From Octopus vulgaris (Eukaryota), in contig OX597825.1 in NCBI GenBank assembly GCA_951406725.2, forward strand, positions 79,918,001 to 79,982,000: a DNA stretch of 64,000 nt. Reading direction: 5' to 3'. Below the pieces are notes generated by a model. It did no database searches, was not told the DNA's origin, and saw only the letters and a list, made by a program, of their open reading frames with translations. Positions 1 to 18,129 of the stretch are shown piece after piece. The position numbers and the translations under genes were made by a program. Positions within the stretch are counted from its first letter, which is position 1; the number at the start of each line of letters is the position of its first letter.

Positions 1-305
1 GAACTTTCTCCGACCTGTTCTTATTTTTGCTACTATACTTTCAAAGCAGCTGCCTTCTTTGCTAATAACATCCTCAAAGGAATAAAAGCTATCACCTACA
101 TGTCCTAAGCCATCTGGACACTTAAGAGAAACGATTTCCTGTAAACTCCTACATATTGCTTCAGTGTATCTATTATGTATGAAGCTTATGTTTATTCTAT
201 TTCTGTATATTGAGCAAGGCCATTTCCCAGATGGTACCAGGGTCATGCCTTCTTTCCTACTTACTAAAATTTTCGACTTTGTTAGGTTTACCATTAAGCC
301 CTCTT
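1..305 (-). mobile_element. Degenerate RTE LINE fragment
   Basis: Minus strand translates GLMVNLTKSKILVSRK...PSGKWPCSI, homologous to the RTE copies at 19-20 kb and 31-32 kb. Confidence 0.7.
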
Positions 306-970
306 AATGTTAGGTTAAGCATCCTGAAAGAAACAAATAAAGAGGAAAATGTTAATTTTCAACAATGAAACAATAAGAGATTGTCTTGTGGTGTGTCAAG
401 GTGAAGTGGGTTAATACAAGTATAATGCATTATGATGTCAATGAAATGAAGCATAAGCCATACAGGATCTTTGATGTCAGTTAATTTCCTAATTTAGCAT
501 AATTGAAAGCGAGGTAATTTCAATACATAAGTCAAGTAGAAACAAATGAAATGAGAACAAATAAAAGCGAGGGAAGGAAAGAGAAACAAGGATAATGAAG
601 TGTTTTGTTTAAGGATATTCATGCTATAAGATACAAATCACAAATCTTGTGGACTATATCTCTGGGAGTCAAATATCAAATATTCCATTGTGTATACAAT
701 TTTTCTATTTAGCAGATTGAAGATGATGCAATACCACACAAATTTACAGGAATATTTTCATAATTTTTCCTATTTTATCTAAAATTTAGCAAATTAATTG
801 AACACAATTTTATCTTTTCTATATCTGATAAATATCTAGGAAAATAATATTTGATACTGCTTTTATTCTGCTTAGAATAACAAGAAAAAAAAGAGTCACG
901 AGAAATCAGCAGAATCAAATAATATAAGCAGTAGGGAAAAGCAACTAACATCGGTAGACAGGTTAACTCA

Positions 971-1015
971 TCTCTGATGATGGGATATCATTATTTTCCT
1001 GAAACAGCTGTAAGA
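971..1015 (+). ncRNA. Type I minimal hammerhead ribozyme motif (Penelope-type)
   Basis: TCT-CTGATGA-TGGGA...TTCCT-GAAAC-AGCT-GTA-AGA; U-U mismatch at the base of stem II. Confidence 0.55.
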
Positions 1016-2979
1016 CCACTTTTCTATTTATAAATGGCCTAGGAATATCACATTGTCTTGGCCTTGTTATCTTCCTTTATTTAACATATACATGCTTACA
1101 TATGACCTGCCTTAGACTCCTCATTCATGCTGTTATTGAACTGGGAGCTTAACAGTGGTCTTTCCACAGCTCTTACATAGCTATACTTGCCTTTTAGGTC
1201 TTCTGGATACCAAATCCTCTCACATTATTATTATATATTGTTACGATCAAGCAAATTCTTAGCTATAAAAGGAATGAACTTCTGAATGCAACAACAAGGA
1301 TGAAATTATGTAACAAAAATGTATTTTATATAAGTCAATTAAAAGATATATTTGATATTTTAGGGATCCATTTGCAAATAAGTTAATCTCCAAAGAATTT
1401 CATGTCCAGTATTTGATTGTTCAAAGTTATATTGTAAACGATCCGATCCGTATGAGCTCTCTCTCATATTTTTTACTATCCATGCAATGCCGTTGCTGTA
1501 TATTCAACTCTCCTCTGGATTTTCCTTTTTCTCTTTTTGACAGGAGGTCAATGAGATTAACTCATCTCGTTCATTAACAGGAAGTAAACGAGATTACCTG
1601 TCTCGTACCTTGCTAACTTTCTGTATGTATATATATACATACATACGTCATTTCAACTCTGCCAAAAAAATGTCATTATATATCTCTCATCACAAATGCT
1701 TATCTCCCCTCAACCAGATTCTGAAGTTTCATTCAGAAAACATTCTAAGTTCTCTTCCTTCATTATATTGTCTCATTATTTGCACTGATTATAGATATAA
1801 ATAACTATATAAAATCCACAGCTTGATGGTCACCACAGCAGTCTTAGCCTGCTGAGTCACTGTGGTCCAAAATCCAAGCCTAAGCTGGAGGATTGGAATG
1901 TTCAGCTGAGCTTTGCTGTGTCAAGGATCGGTTTAGGTAGCCACTTGAGAGAATGCTTCTCTTCCTTATTGATGTATGTGTGCCTGTTTATGTATGTGTG
2001 TGTGTGTGTGTGTGTGTGAGTTTAGGACTGTGTTTGTATTTATAATGGATTTATCTATGTATTCATGTATGCTTATCTATATATGGGCGTGTATATATAT
2101 AATTGTTCTTTATTAAAACACAGTAAAAACAACATCCTAATTGTCTTTTCTTTTTATATCTTTCATTTCTTTTATTTCTTTTGTATTCGACTTAACTGGA
2201 CAAGTTCATAAATAGCGGGATTAACCATTGGCCCAGCCTTAACTGACTAAATTTGGAAACATTCACAATTACAAACAACTGCTTGGTTGTCTCTCTTTGT
2301 ATCAAAATCATTTTAACTATCTGTCTGTTTCTCTCTTTCTCTCCCCCTCTCTCTCCTTCACCCCCCTCTCTCTCTATATATATATATATAGCTTATTTGT
2401 AACACTGAAAGAAAGGTATATCACATACATGCATTTGTAAATATATATTTGTGTGTGTGTAAACAAAGTGAGGGAAAGACATAAAAAGACAGGCAAAAAG
2501 GAAGCAAGAGATGAATTCTTGGAGACAAAATGTAAGTTATTAATCAGCCATTCTTAAATCATTAATTATTTTGAATCTTTTCCTTCGTTATATCAGAGCT
2601 ACCAAAAAGTAAGGTTGCCTTTTGAGTAATGAGTTCAAATTATCATAATTCATATCATAAATATATTAATTCCTTCAAAATATAATTGCCATCATAAGGA
2701 ATAGCATTTTTACGATTTCTAAACCAGTTTTTCTGATTTCTCAGGCAAAAATTTAGATTCTTCAGAAAAGAAAATGTTTACGGTGTTTCAAAACTGTCTC
2801 TGCTTTAGAATGGTTTTCCACTGGTAATATGTCCAAGTGATCTAAATAAGTAAACATCAGATGGCACTAGGTCTGGTGATTAGAGAGGGTGAGACAGAGC
2901 TTCCTCGCCCAATGAGTTTATCCATTTAAAAAAAAATTTTAGCTTATCTTCACTGAATGCGACTATGCATTATGTTGTA

Positions 2980-3120
2980 GAATTCAAATTCCGCCAAGCT
3001 TGACTTTACTTTTTATCTTTTAGGGGTTGATAGAACAAGTACCAGTCAAGTAGTGGGGTCGATGTAATTGACTAGTCATTCCCCTCAAAAACTGGCCTTG
3101 TGCCAAAATTTGAAATTATT
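2980..3120 (+). mobile_element. Degenerate Nin-domain SINE
   Basis: ttcaaattccgcc...gggttgata...gtaccagt...ggggtcgatgtaat matches the 48-49 kb SINE unit. Confidence 0.6.
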
Positions 3121-3630
3121 TATCATGTTGCAGTATGAGTTCCTCTCCCTTGACAGGATCTGATTGTTGTTTTGAGCAAAAGTTGATAGACACATTCAAG
3201 TTGTTGGCAAAATAGAATTCTGTGGTGATACTTTTCCCTTTTTCCAATAATTCAAAGTGAACAATGTCTATTGTATTCCACTAAATGCACTGCAAAATCT
3301 TCTTTGGATGTTGGAACTGGAATTCATTTGACAATAGCCAGTGCTTCTTAGACATTTTATTGGCGTATCTATTTCTCATTACCCAATATATATCAGTTAA
3401 GAAAAGATGTCTGTTTATTCTTGATTAGGAAATTGTTGAATGCATTGCTTTATTCTCAGGGTACAGCTCATGAGGTACCTGCTTCCCTTTTTACACACTT
3501 TCCAAATCTGTTTGTGATGATCTTGTGCAATGGACCAAGGTTTATTAAGCCTCCAGGAAAATGCAGGTGTGGCTACTCAAGAATTCTAACACTAAAAAAC
3601 TTTTATACCTTTGCTATGTATTTTCTATGC

Positions 3631-5280
<1,650 letters not shown>

Positions 5281-5432
5281 AATATAGGAATAAAAATGTC
5301 AGTCTTCAAACTGGCAGATCTTCTAAATTGTCTAAAATTTCTAATACATTCTAAAATATGAGATAAAAGTGACACAAGATACCAAGGTTAAGAACAGTAA
5401 ATAAAAAGGATCCGAAAAATAGGAGGGTGTTC

Positions 5433-5518
5433 CATCTATGGCCGTTTCAGGGGTGCATTACCAGTCAGGGTTAAAAAATTAAAACTTCCATATATGTAAT
5501 GTCCCCATCTTCAGGATG
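5433..5518 (-). ncRNA. Degenerate type I hammerhead motif with extended stem II
   Basis: Minus strand: CATC-CTGAAGA-TGGGGACATTAC...GTAATGCACCCCT-GAAAC-GGCC-ATA-GATG; cleavage triplet ATA rather than GTA. Confidence 0.5.
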
Positions 5519-6199
5519 ATGTACTCCTTGGTGGCTGCCAACATACTAATAAAGCAGAACCAAAATTTCCTAATAAAATGATTTACAGCTCATATGTACT
5601 CTATGAGTGAAAAAACATGCATTTTCAGAAATATCAATTTGAATGTTATCTTCTATGTCTAAATATGTTAACACAATAGAAACAATTGTTAGCTTTGTAA
5701 GTGAATTCTACAATTAAAGATCTGATTTTCTCCATACGTATTTTTGTTGTCTCTGAATTTCTTGAAATTCTTCTAAAGGATATTTAGATCTACTTGTCAT
5801 ACATGAAGAATTTCCTTTAATTTTTTTTTGTACTTGCATTTACTGGTGTCTGTTGTTTGATATAGTTATCCAAATTCATTTAAAACTGAGTGCTTTATTG
5901 GTATTTGCCTGGATTTTTAAATCCACATTTTTCTCTTCTTACCACACACACACACATATATAGATCTATCTATCTATCAATCGATAGATCTGTCTATCTG
6001 CCTCTCTGTCTCTCTAGGTGCATGTATGTGTGTGCATGAATATACATATACATGTGTGTGTGTATATAAATATATATATGTATATATATATATGTATGTA
6101 TATATATATATGTCCCACCCATAGTAACATACAACACAGACATTAAATGATGATAATGATGATACAGGATGTTAGTACTGACAGAAAAGAAAACATTAT

Positions 6200-6900
6200 A
6201 TCCCATCCCAAAATAAAAGTATTTAAAAAAATGAAAAATATTAACTAGGTTATGGCTGAGAAATGATAATTTAGGTAAAGTAGCTGCTCTCAGCTTCCAC
6301 AATGGTCTGAAGACAGCTCTGGAACCTAGTGCATGTGTTCTTCACTGTGTCCCTGGGAAGCTCTTCAAACATTTCTTTGATCTTGGCCACCAAGTTGGCC
6401 TTAGTACTGGTGGCAGAGTGGTTGGTGTCTTTCTCAACTAAACCCCACACATAGTAATCCATGGGAGTACAATCAAGTGAATTAGGAAGCCAGAAATTGG
6501 AGCTGGTAAAGTTGTAGAAATTCTCCAGCAACCACTTCTCTTTTCAGAAATATGGCAAAGTGTCGAATCCTGCTGCTATACACATGGTCTTCCAGCAGCA
6601 AGCCTCATCAGTTTGATCACAGTTTTCAACAGCTTCATACAGGCATCCAAATTGAGCCTAAGGCCCTGTTCAAAGATGAGGGCAATCAGATGCAGTCAGA
6701 ATGCCTGCTGTGTCCCTTCCTGTTGGCCACACTTTTGTACACTCCATTGCAGCTGACCATGTCACATCTTACAGCCTTTACAGTGTTTACAGAACATTGA
6801 GCAACAGTCATGATGTTGGTGTCACCATGTGTAGTTGGTGATCGATATAGATGAGTTGGTGAATGAAAATCTATTTCGTTGGTTGCATGAATAATTGAAG
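6200..6900 (-). mobile_element. Tc1/mariner-superfamily (maT/DD37D-like) transposase relic
   Basis: ORF 6271-6531 FWLPNSLDCTPMDYYVWG resembles the WPPNSPDxNPxDYxVW motif. Confidence 0.75.
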
Positions 6901-8187
6901 CAAAACCCATGAAATTTTAACTGAAATAGTCACCATTGCACACAAAGGTGATCACCATGGGATATTTACAACTAACAACATTAATAATTACAGACTGGGA
7001 AAGAAGAATAAAGCATTTGAAGAAGTTCCTTATAAAACATTGTGTGAATGTTCAGTTTGGTCTGTCCAAGAACCTAGAGTTGTCTGTGCAAATGTCTGGA
7101 AACATCAGATGGCAAGAATGGAGGCATATGTCACTCAGCTGCAAAGAGTTTCATACCATAGCAATTTTTTATAGGTGACAAGATGAATATTCTAGAAGAC
7201 TAAACCATATCACAACTTGAAGGTGATTGATTGCTTAATAGACTGATCATGTGAAACTATTGTGACTCAGTCGTGATGACTAACTGGTTATTTAGTGGTT
7301 GGGTTTCAAATCACTGCTACATTAGCATTTTGATACCAGGAATGAATCATCACGATACAGATAACTTTTGGCCAATATTCAGGTGGCTTCTAGTCTGCTT
7401 CTACAGCTGGATGCCCTTCCTAATGTCAACCACTCCGTGAGTGTATTGGGAATATATAAAATTTGCTGGGTTAGAGGTTAAAATAACCATCTAAAGGATA
7501 AAAGTATCCATTATATAACTGGTACATTACCTATGTTTAACCATGGGCATACATATGCAAGCATATTATTCTCATAAACTACAGGTAAAGACAAGGATAA
7601 ACAGGAGTTTATCAGGAATCAAAATTTGACTTACATAGATTATTACTTATTAATACCATATAGATAGACTGCATCCCATCTAACAGCTGTTTCTGTTTCC
7701 AATGTTGTATGGTATTGCCATTGATAGGCTAAAAATATTTATCATATTTGGTAATAAAGCAGGTTGACTAAAGACTGTGGAGTGGAACTTCATATGTTGT
7801 GCCACATATACCATTTTTTCATTCATTTATTTATTTATCTTATCCCATTTAACGGTCTTGTTTATCTTACCCCATTTAACTACCAATAATGCACTGGGAT
7901 CAATGTAATCAAGTAGTCCCTTCTCCCCAAATTTCAGGATATGTGTCTATATATGAAAGGATTATAGGATTGAAATATCAACTGACAAAAGGCTATAATT
8001 TATTCTGTTTTCTCCTTTACAGTTTGTAAATACAGTTCAACAGATGAAAGTAAAGAAATTAATAATACCCATCATTAAGAACATTTGATATAGAAATTCT
8101 AATCAACTTTGTTTACAAAAGATCTTCAAAGAAATAGAAGGAAAACCACTATTTGTTAAGAATACTCACTTCATTCCATCTACCACC

Positions 8188-8242
8188 ATGTTACTGCTAT
8201 CATTTTCAAGTATGTTAGTCTTCATATTAATCCATTTTACAA
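8188..8242 (+). CDS. Novel type I membrane protein, coding exon 1 (signal peptide MLLLSFSSMLVFILIHFT)
   Basis: ACCACCATG Kozak context at 8188; exon acceptor ttttctcctttacag ends at 8022; donor A|GTAAGT (phase 1). Joins exon 2 to give ...IHFTNTHA|TIWDV, a plausible signal-peptidase site. Confidence 0.8.
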
Positions 8243-8858
8243 GTAAGTCCTCTTTGTTTTTTATATTTATTTGTGCAATCATGGCTGTGTTTGATCAAAA
8301 AGTTTGTTTTCAGGACACTTTCTGTTGTATGGTACCTTGGATTACTGTCTTACACAGTAGTCTCAGGCTGACTAGAGACTGTGGAGTGGAACTTCATATG
8401 TGGAGATTTGTAGAAGCTGCTTGTAGAGTTCATTTTTGTTCCTATTCTTGGGTGGTGGACTTCATCTATTACTTGGTTCAAACTTTCTTAAAAGCAAACC
8501 ACCTGAGATTGCACCTGATTATATGATAGTAACTACCTGTTTTAAAGTACTTGAAATTAAAACCTGGCATCTAAATTTCATGTTAATTTGAGTTTAAAAC
8601 ATAAGCTTGAAAATAACTACATTATTTTACTGAATTCTTCATTATTTTCAATATAAATAGACAAAGGCAACATAAATATAGTAACATAAATGTGAAAGTG
8701 ATCTCAGTTAAAACATCATAATTGGTAGAGAGATAGAAAGTAGGAATCCATCAGAGAGAGCATTCCTATTACAGACTTCAACCTCCTCTCACTTTAATGT
8801 CACCAAATGGTCCTTAGGTACCTTTAAAAAAAAAGTGTTTTCTTTTACATATTAAGAT

Positions 8859-8924
<66 letters not shown>

Positions 8925-9429
8925 TAATAGTATAATGCTATATCTAAATACTATATGAATATGGGTGTGTTAGTCCATGGAAGTGTGTCTGAAATCACAC
9001 ATCCATGTCTAAGAAATTGTTTGTCATGCATTCAAGCAGGATTTTTTTATTCATTTTGTATTGTTCTGTGGTAGAGTCTGAACATTTGTAAAATGGTCAA
9101 ATTTTACAAAAACCATGGATTCCAAACAATATCTTCTTATATCCTTCATTCTAAACATAAGAAAAAGAAAAAAAACATTCCCTCCAACTTAGCAGAAAGG
9201 ATTTGCACGATTGTGTCAAATGTTAAAAAAACATAATCAAAGTCTGGAAGGCCAAATCAAGTGTGAGGGAAAGTGCTGTTGCAGCACGCTGCTTTATTTA
9301 GCATTTATCAGTATATTTCTGGGTCCTCTTGTGTGACCAGTTGAACATAGTCCCAGTCAGTTTCTATCTACGTGAGACACCTTCTCATCTGCCATGACCA
9401 TGTGGCATATGGTAAACCAGCATGAGCCA

Positions 9430-10176
9430 TTTACACAGACTGGAAGAGCTGAAAGAAATACTAATTGAAAGAGCATTTCCATTCAATCTTATTGTGAATG
9501 GAATAGAAAGAGTAAAAATGTTTATATCTCCATTTTCTTAGAAAAGTAAAAAGTAAAGCCCCTCACAAAATGTTTTACTTTATGTCTCTACATTTAAACC
9601 AAGAAATTGTGAAATATTTAACTACATACAAAACAACGAACCTTGAAAATCAAAAAATGGAAAAATTACTAGAAAATCAATTTGTTATTGAAAACAAAAG
9701 GTAACCAAAGACTTACAAGAATATTCTAACTTTCAGCAAAGCTTTTCAAACAATTGCCCAACCCCATGATTTCTAAATGTGGTAGCCTGAACTGTGGTAC
9801 ATGTCTGTACTTAAATGATAGCTTGGAATTCAAATTTAAGCACAGACATGTCTTCAAAGTAAAATAAAATTTCTCTTGCAACTTCTTATACTCAATTTAT
9901 GCCATAACAAACTGTAGAAACTGCATCAGACTGATGGGATTATCACTTTGTGGACAATTGATGATGCACAAGCAAGAAATAAGGGGAGAAAAAAAGAAAG
10001 AAAGAAACAGGAACACATAGTAACTTATACTGAAATGGAACCACCCAATTTAAAGATTTTTCTATTTTACAAATGCTCAGATTCTACCATGTAACATCTA
10101 TGAACAAATAAAGGAAGAAAATTTATTATGAAATAAAAGCCTTGCTGGAATAATTGACAAACAATTTCAGGCAACT
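9430..10176 (+). mobile_element. Penelope-like element 3' fragment (RT C-terminus, Cys linker and GIY-YIG remnants)
   Basis: ELKEILIERAFPFNLIVNGIERVK, CGSLNCGTCLYL and FSCN...IYAI remnants, broken by stops and frameshifts. Confidence 0.7.
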
Positions 10177-10375
10177 TAGGATACACTTGTATGGACACAC
10201 ATGCACACGCGCACACACACACATATTCACATAGTTTTTGATATATACAATCTACCATTAACTCATGTGTGCATGGGTGCAAGTCATTATGTATGTGTGT
10301 GTGTATGAGAATATATGTATGTGTGTATGAGTAAATATGAACGTGTGTATCTATGTTTGTGTCTTTTTATTTATC

Positions 10376-10570
10376 ATAAGGGCTATTTGGTTGTTGTTGC
10401 TAGTAATCTTGATGGATTACCAAAGTAGGCACTCCAAAATATAAGGGCTATTTGGTTGTTGTTGCTAGTAATCTTGATGGATTACCAAAGTAGGCACTCC
10501 AAAATATAAGGGCTATTTGGTTATTGTTGCTAGTAATCATGATGGATTACTAAAGAAGGCACTTTGAAAT
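10376..10570. repeat. 65-bp tandem repeat x3
   Basis: Units ataagggctatttgg... start at 10376, 10441 and 10506. Confidence 0.92.
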
Positions 10571-11711
10571 ATTTTTGACAAGCCTGAAACCAAAGTTCAA
10601 CTAACCACTCCTTGTCTTACATGAAAGAATAATTATTAATCTATCTACCTATATTGCTGATTCTCTCCATGTATCTGCCTATCAATCTCTCTAGGGCAGT
10701 CCTTCATTTAAAAATCCTATCTTGTCACTCAAATTTCTAATGTACCCTTCCTAACCTTACAGTCTAAAGGCCATATCCTTTCATATTTTGTGTTTTATCT
10801 TGTTACCCTAGTTGTGTGTCCAGTTACAAAACTCTAACCCTTTATATTGCAAACACTATAGCTACTTTCACTTTATAAATCCACAACTACAATGGATAAA
10901 ACCAGTTATGTAAGTTAATAACATTGGATAGATTTAAATGAATTAAATTTGTCATGAAATATTACCATATTTCTCCTAATGTAACTGTGCATTTTTACCC
11001 ATTTTAAAAATTTATATAACATTTGTACAGAAACCTTTAACACTTTTCCATCCATCCATCCATTCATCCATCCATATGATGGCTATGGTGGTGGTGGTGA
11101 TGATGATGATGATGATTATGGTGGTAGTGGTGGTGGTTATGAGGATGATGATGGCAAGGATAATAATGATGTAGAGGTGGTGAAGTTTCATTTGAGAAAT
11201 TATTCTTTTGTTGAGAGCTTTTTGACTTCTCTCTCTCTTATTTTTCTTTTTGCATTTTAGCATTGATCTAAAGGACATTGAAATGTAAAAGACAATGGTA
11301 GACAAATTTTGACCATAGTGATTAAGTAACTCTTTCTGCTGCTTTAACATCAACCACTCAGTCATGAAATTAGAGTGGATGTTGTTAAAAAAATTACCTA
11401 GATTCAAATTTAAGTTTGATTCATGAAAAAAACATGCAAAAAGGGAAAAGAAAATTTTCTTTAGAAAAAATTAGTAAAGAATCCAAATTTACATGATTAT
11501 TCATATTCTCATGTTATTTTCAAAAACAATTTCCATGTTCTTTACTAGTTTTCTTTGAATAACTAGACTGGTGCACCAGCTCGGCCACAGCATCTGATTG
11601 AAACCAATAACTGAATATTGGAATAGAACAGTTGACTAACTATTCACATTGTATTGTAAAAGTTTTTAGATGTTACAAAGATAAATTTGTTTCCCTTTTT
11701 CTATTTGCCAG

Positions 11712-11908
11712 ATACTCATGCCACAATATGGGATGTAAAAGCTTGTCATACTGTGGTGTATCGCACTTCAGTTCGCATGATTCTTAACAAGGTATTCGTA
11801 AGAGAAGTGGCAGCTTCAAAAGATCCTAAATGTTTTGAAATTACATATAAATTGAATGATGAAGTAAAACCAAGTTATATTAAGCTACCTTACCCTCAGG
11901 CTTATAAG
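11712..11908 (+). CDS. Novel type I membrane protein, exon 2 (module 1, long exon)
   Basis: Acceptor cccttttttctatttgccag, donor AAG|GTAAGT; 197 nt, phase 1->0; open frame THATIWDVKAC...LPYPQAYK. Confidence 0.85.
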
Positions 11909-12790
11909 GTAAGTAAATTAAAACACACACACATACACACATATGCATGCACATGCACACATACACACACACACACACTAATATACCTATTTTATCAAAA
12001 TTTATTCTATTTTAAATTAAATAAGATTAAACTGGTATTTTATAACACCAATAGCTTGGCACACATTCTAAAAAAAGAAAAACATAAAGAAATAATGTAA
12101 TGTCTTCACTTGACAGCTGTTTCAGAAAAGCAAAAGTTATGTAACAGTTGGCTTTCTTTGCAGGTATTCAATATATTTGAATATAAACTTGGATGCAAAG
12201 AGCTTGAAAGTTTTCATCTATAAGGAATTGAACTTAATGCCCTTTGTATAAGTTTTATCTCTGAACTATGCAATAAAAGCTATATGCATCATCACGTGCG
12301 AAAAAATTCGAAGGGTTTTGAACAATTGAGATACACATGTCACGCCTGTATTGAAACCATTGCTAAGCTGCCGTAATTGCTTAATTAAGACTTTGTTTAA
12401 ATTGACTATGGCCATGCTGGAGAATCAGCTTTTAGTTGAAGAAATTGACTCCTGGAATTTTTCTTTGTAAGCTTGGTTCTTATTCTGTTGGTCTCTTCTG
12501 CCAACCTGCTAGTTTATAGGGATGTAAATGCACAACAACAGTTGTCAAGCAATGGTGGTGGGGACAAACAAACACAAACACACATACATATATATATATA
12601 CATATATTTTCCTTTAAAAATGATTTTATTCTTTTCTTTTTTCTTTCTTTTTCTTGCATTCATCTTTAAAATCCTTGTATACAGCACACGTACATACCCC
12701 CAACACGCACATACACACAAAGAGGCATAACAATTGTAAGATTAATATGCTCAACAACAAAGATCAATATTATCAGTCCATATATACATA

Positions 12791-15060
<2,270 letters not shown>

Positions 15061-15192
15061 ATGTATGTATATATATATATATACATGTATATATATATAC
15101 ATGTATATATATATACATGTATATATATATATATACATGACGGACTTATTCCAGTTTTTGTCTACCAGATCCGCAAATATATATATATATAC

Positions 15193-15239
<47 letters not shown>

Positions 15240-15250
15240 ATATATCTATA

Positions 15251-15289
<39 letters not shown>

Positions 15290-17321
15290 GACAGACTTAT
15301 ACCAGTTTTTGTCCACCAGATCCACAAACAAACATTTGGTCAGCCCTCGGCTATAGTAGAAGACACTTGCCCAAGATGCCACACAGTGGGACTGAACCCA
15401 GAACCATGTGGTTGGGAAGCAACCTTCTTACCACATAGCCACACCTGCGCCTAAAATTATAGGGAGGCTTCTGTGACCAGATAATGATAAAAGTGGTTTT
15501 CAAACTGTTATTTTAGAGTTTGTTATTCACTGTTTAAATAGGGAATGTTTAATTACAAACATACACACATACATACAAACACTAATCACCTCCGGACATA
15601 TATATACATACATAAACATATATATAGAGAGATGAATATGCACATACATATACATGCATAACAATGTACACACGCACACAAAAATATAGGACCTTACATA
15701 AACATAGACATAGAGAAACATTAACACACATATACGTATATTCATGCATGTGTGTGTGTATAAATACTTATACATGAGTACACACATATACACACACATG
15801 CACACACACACACACAAACACACACACATATGTATACATATTCATATATGAATGTGTGCACGTGTGTGTACACAGCTTCAAAGCAATCTTGGATTGAGAA
15901 ACATAATACAAGCTGTACACTATAAAAGTTTTACTGTCATTGTCATGAATAACCTCATGATCATGATCATGATAATGATGATGATCATCATCGTGATAGT
16001 CATCATGATCACCATTGTTATCATCATCATCAAATTATTTTAAATATTGCTCTGTTGTTAACTTTGCTGAATCATTCTGTTTTAGGCATTTGTTCAAAAT
16101 CACCATCTTCATGAAATGTATGTTGCTAAGTGCCAGGCAGATTGTTCAACAGTTGATTCTGAATTAGAAAGATGTAAGATTTTCCTTTAAAAATGATTTT
16201 ATTCTTTTCTTTTTTCTTTCTTTTTCTTGCATTCATCTTTAAAATCCATGTATACAGCACACACACATACACACACACACACACACACACAGACCACATC
16301 CCTCCACACCCCACACACCCACACCCAAAGAAGCATAATAATTGTAAGATTAATATGCTCAACAACAAAGATCAATATTATCAGTTCAAATTTTATTGTT
16401 GCTATTCAATCCCTAGGAAAGACACATTATTCTACATTTAGTGGTCCAATCCACAGTTGTGTAGTCAGCAGAAGAAAGAAAAACAGCAGTAAAATCAATA
16501 TCTCCAGTCAATCACATGTCATTAGTGAAATTTTCGACAACTTTTCCAATCAATGTTGACACATGAAAATGGATATAAAAAGATTGTTCTGAGTTTAAAA
16601 CATTGTATAATCTAAGGGTTGATACACTACCTGATGCATACAAACAATTCTTAATTAATTGAAATTTCCTTTTTATGTAGGGGAAGAAAATGAAAATCTA
16701 GTTGCAATTGTTGGCAACTCTCAAGGAAAAGGGGAGATCATTTTTTAAAATTTAGAATTAATTTTTCAAAGTAATTTGCAGGTGAGAAGTGCAACGATGA
16801 GTGTTCTGTCTGTTAGGCATCGGTATAGCTTAGTTACTCCAAGTTACAATGTTTTTAATATGTAAAAACAGTTACAAATAATTTTAGGCTGGTATATTTT
16901 CTATAATTAAATAAAAAATATGAGCTAAGGTTGATAACACAAATGGACCCATGGCATGGATTTATATAAAATAAATTATAAAGATGATATACTGAATTTC
17001 ATGTAGAATATTCTAAATTAAGTGAAAATTTCACACTAAACTGAAGAGAAAATAAAATTCTATAGTAATTGTTAATAACATTCAAAGAAAAGGTGAAATA
17101 ATTTCAAAAAATTAGATGAATACTCAAAGTTAATGTACATAATATAGGAGCACCTCATCCAAAATTGAAACAAAGGATAACTATGGGCATATTTCAGTCT
17201 ATTAGACCTCATCAGCATAGAATAGTTTACTCTAGCCTGATTAACCAGTTGACAGAAGTTAATTTTTTAATTCATAAATTACAAAGGTTAAAATTATTTA
17301 AAACTATTTTCTCTATATTAG

Positions 17322-17376
17322 AAGAATGTCCTAAAGAACAGATTAGTCTGTAGACATTATCATTTTGACTGTCCAG
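17322..17376 (+). CDS. Novel type I membrane protein, exon 3 (module 1, short exon; least certain)
   Basis: Acceptor ttttctctatattag, donor CAG|GTAATT; 55 nt, phase 0->1 as the flanking exons require; KNVLKNRLVCRHYHFDCP with two Cys like the short exons of modules 2 and 3. Confidence 0.55.
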
Positions 17377-18129
17377 GTAATTTAATGCTTCCATATTTCT
17401 GCACAACTTATCCTTCTCATATGCTTTATTTTTATTTCCAGTCTTTTTTTATTATTTAATGTTGCACAAGAAATTCCTGTTTAATGGAAACCTTTTTGAG
17501 TAAATGTTAGCATTCTACTCTATAAAAATCTTCTGCATTCACCACCCATGTTTCAATACAATGAGGCAGTGTTTCACAAAGTAGGTGATACTGACCTTGA
17601 AGTGTGTGAAAATTTATATGGCCACTGGGGCAAGGGGACAATAGGAAGGAGCAATAGATACATCTTTACAGTTTTTTTAATCTTTGTTTCATATTTAAAT
17701 ATTAAATCTTAAAATAATTTTAGATATGTAATTATTAGAAACTACTTGTTGTTCACAATCATAATGATGACAATAACAAGAACAAATCAACAATATTAAA
17801 AGACTATGAAATTAAATGAATAATTAAACAAAACTGATTATATACTATCTATGGCATGAAATTTATAAACAGTAAACTTAAATTCAATTTAAAAGATATT
17901 GTCAAAATTTTGAGTATTTCCATACATGAAATAAAGACAGCTACTGCACTTGTAGCAATATGTAATGCCCTGGCTGTTTGTTAATCACATGATTTATTCA
18001 CATCTATAACTAGACATATTTAAACTTGCATGTTGCTGGGAAAACAGCATATGTGCTTGTGAATATATAGAAACTATTACTAGAAACTGGTAGCTACATC
18101 AGTATATATGTGACATAATGAATAAGAAC

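Noticed and set aside
7760-8405. ~40-bp direct repeat flanking the first coding exon
   Set aside because: Short and diverged, with no element ends; cannot support a mechanism.
12108-12295. Complete hammerhead on the minus strand
   Set aside because: Only the GAAAC-AGCT-GTC half is clear; no convincing CUGANGA box with a paired stem II.
16681-16750. Strong acceptor (ttttatgtag) as a candidate exon 3
   Set aside because: All three frames hit a stop before a usable donor.
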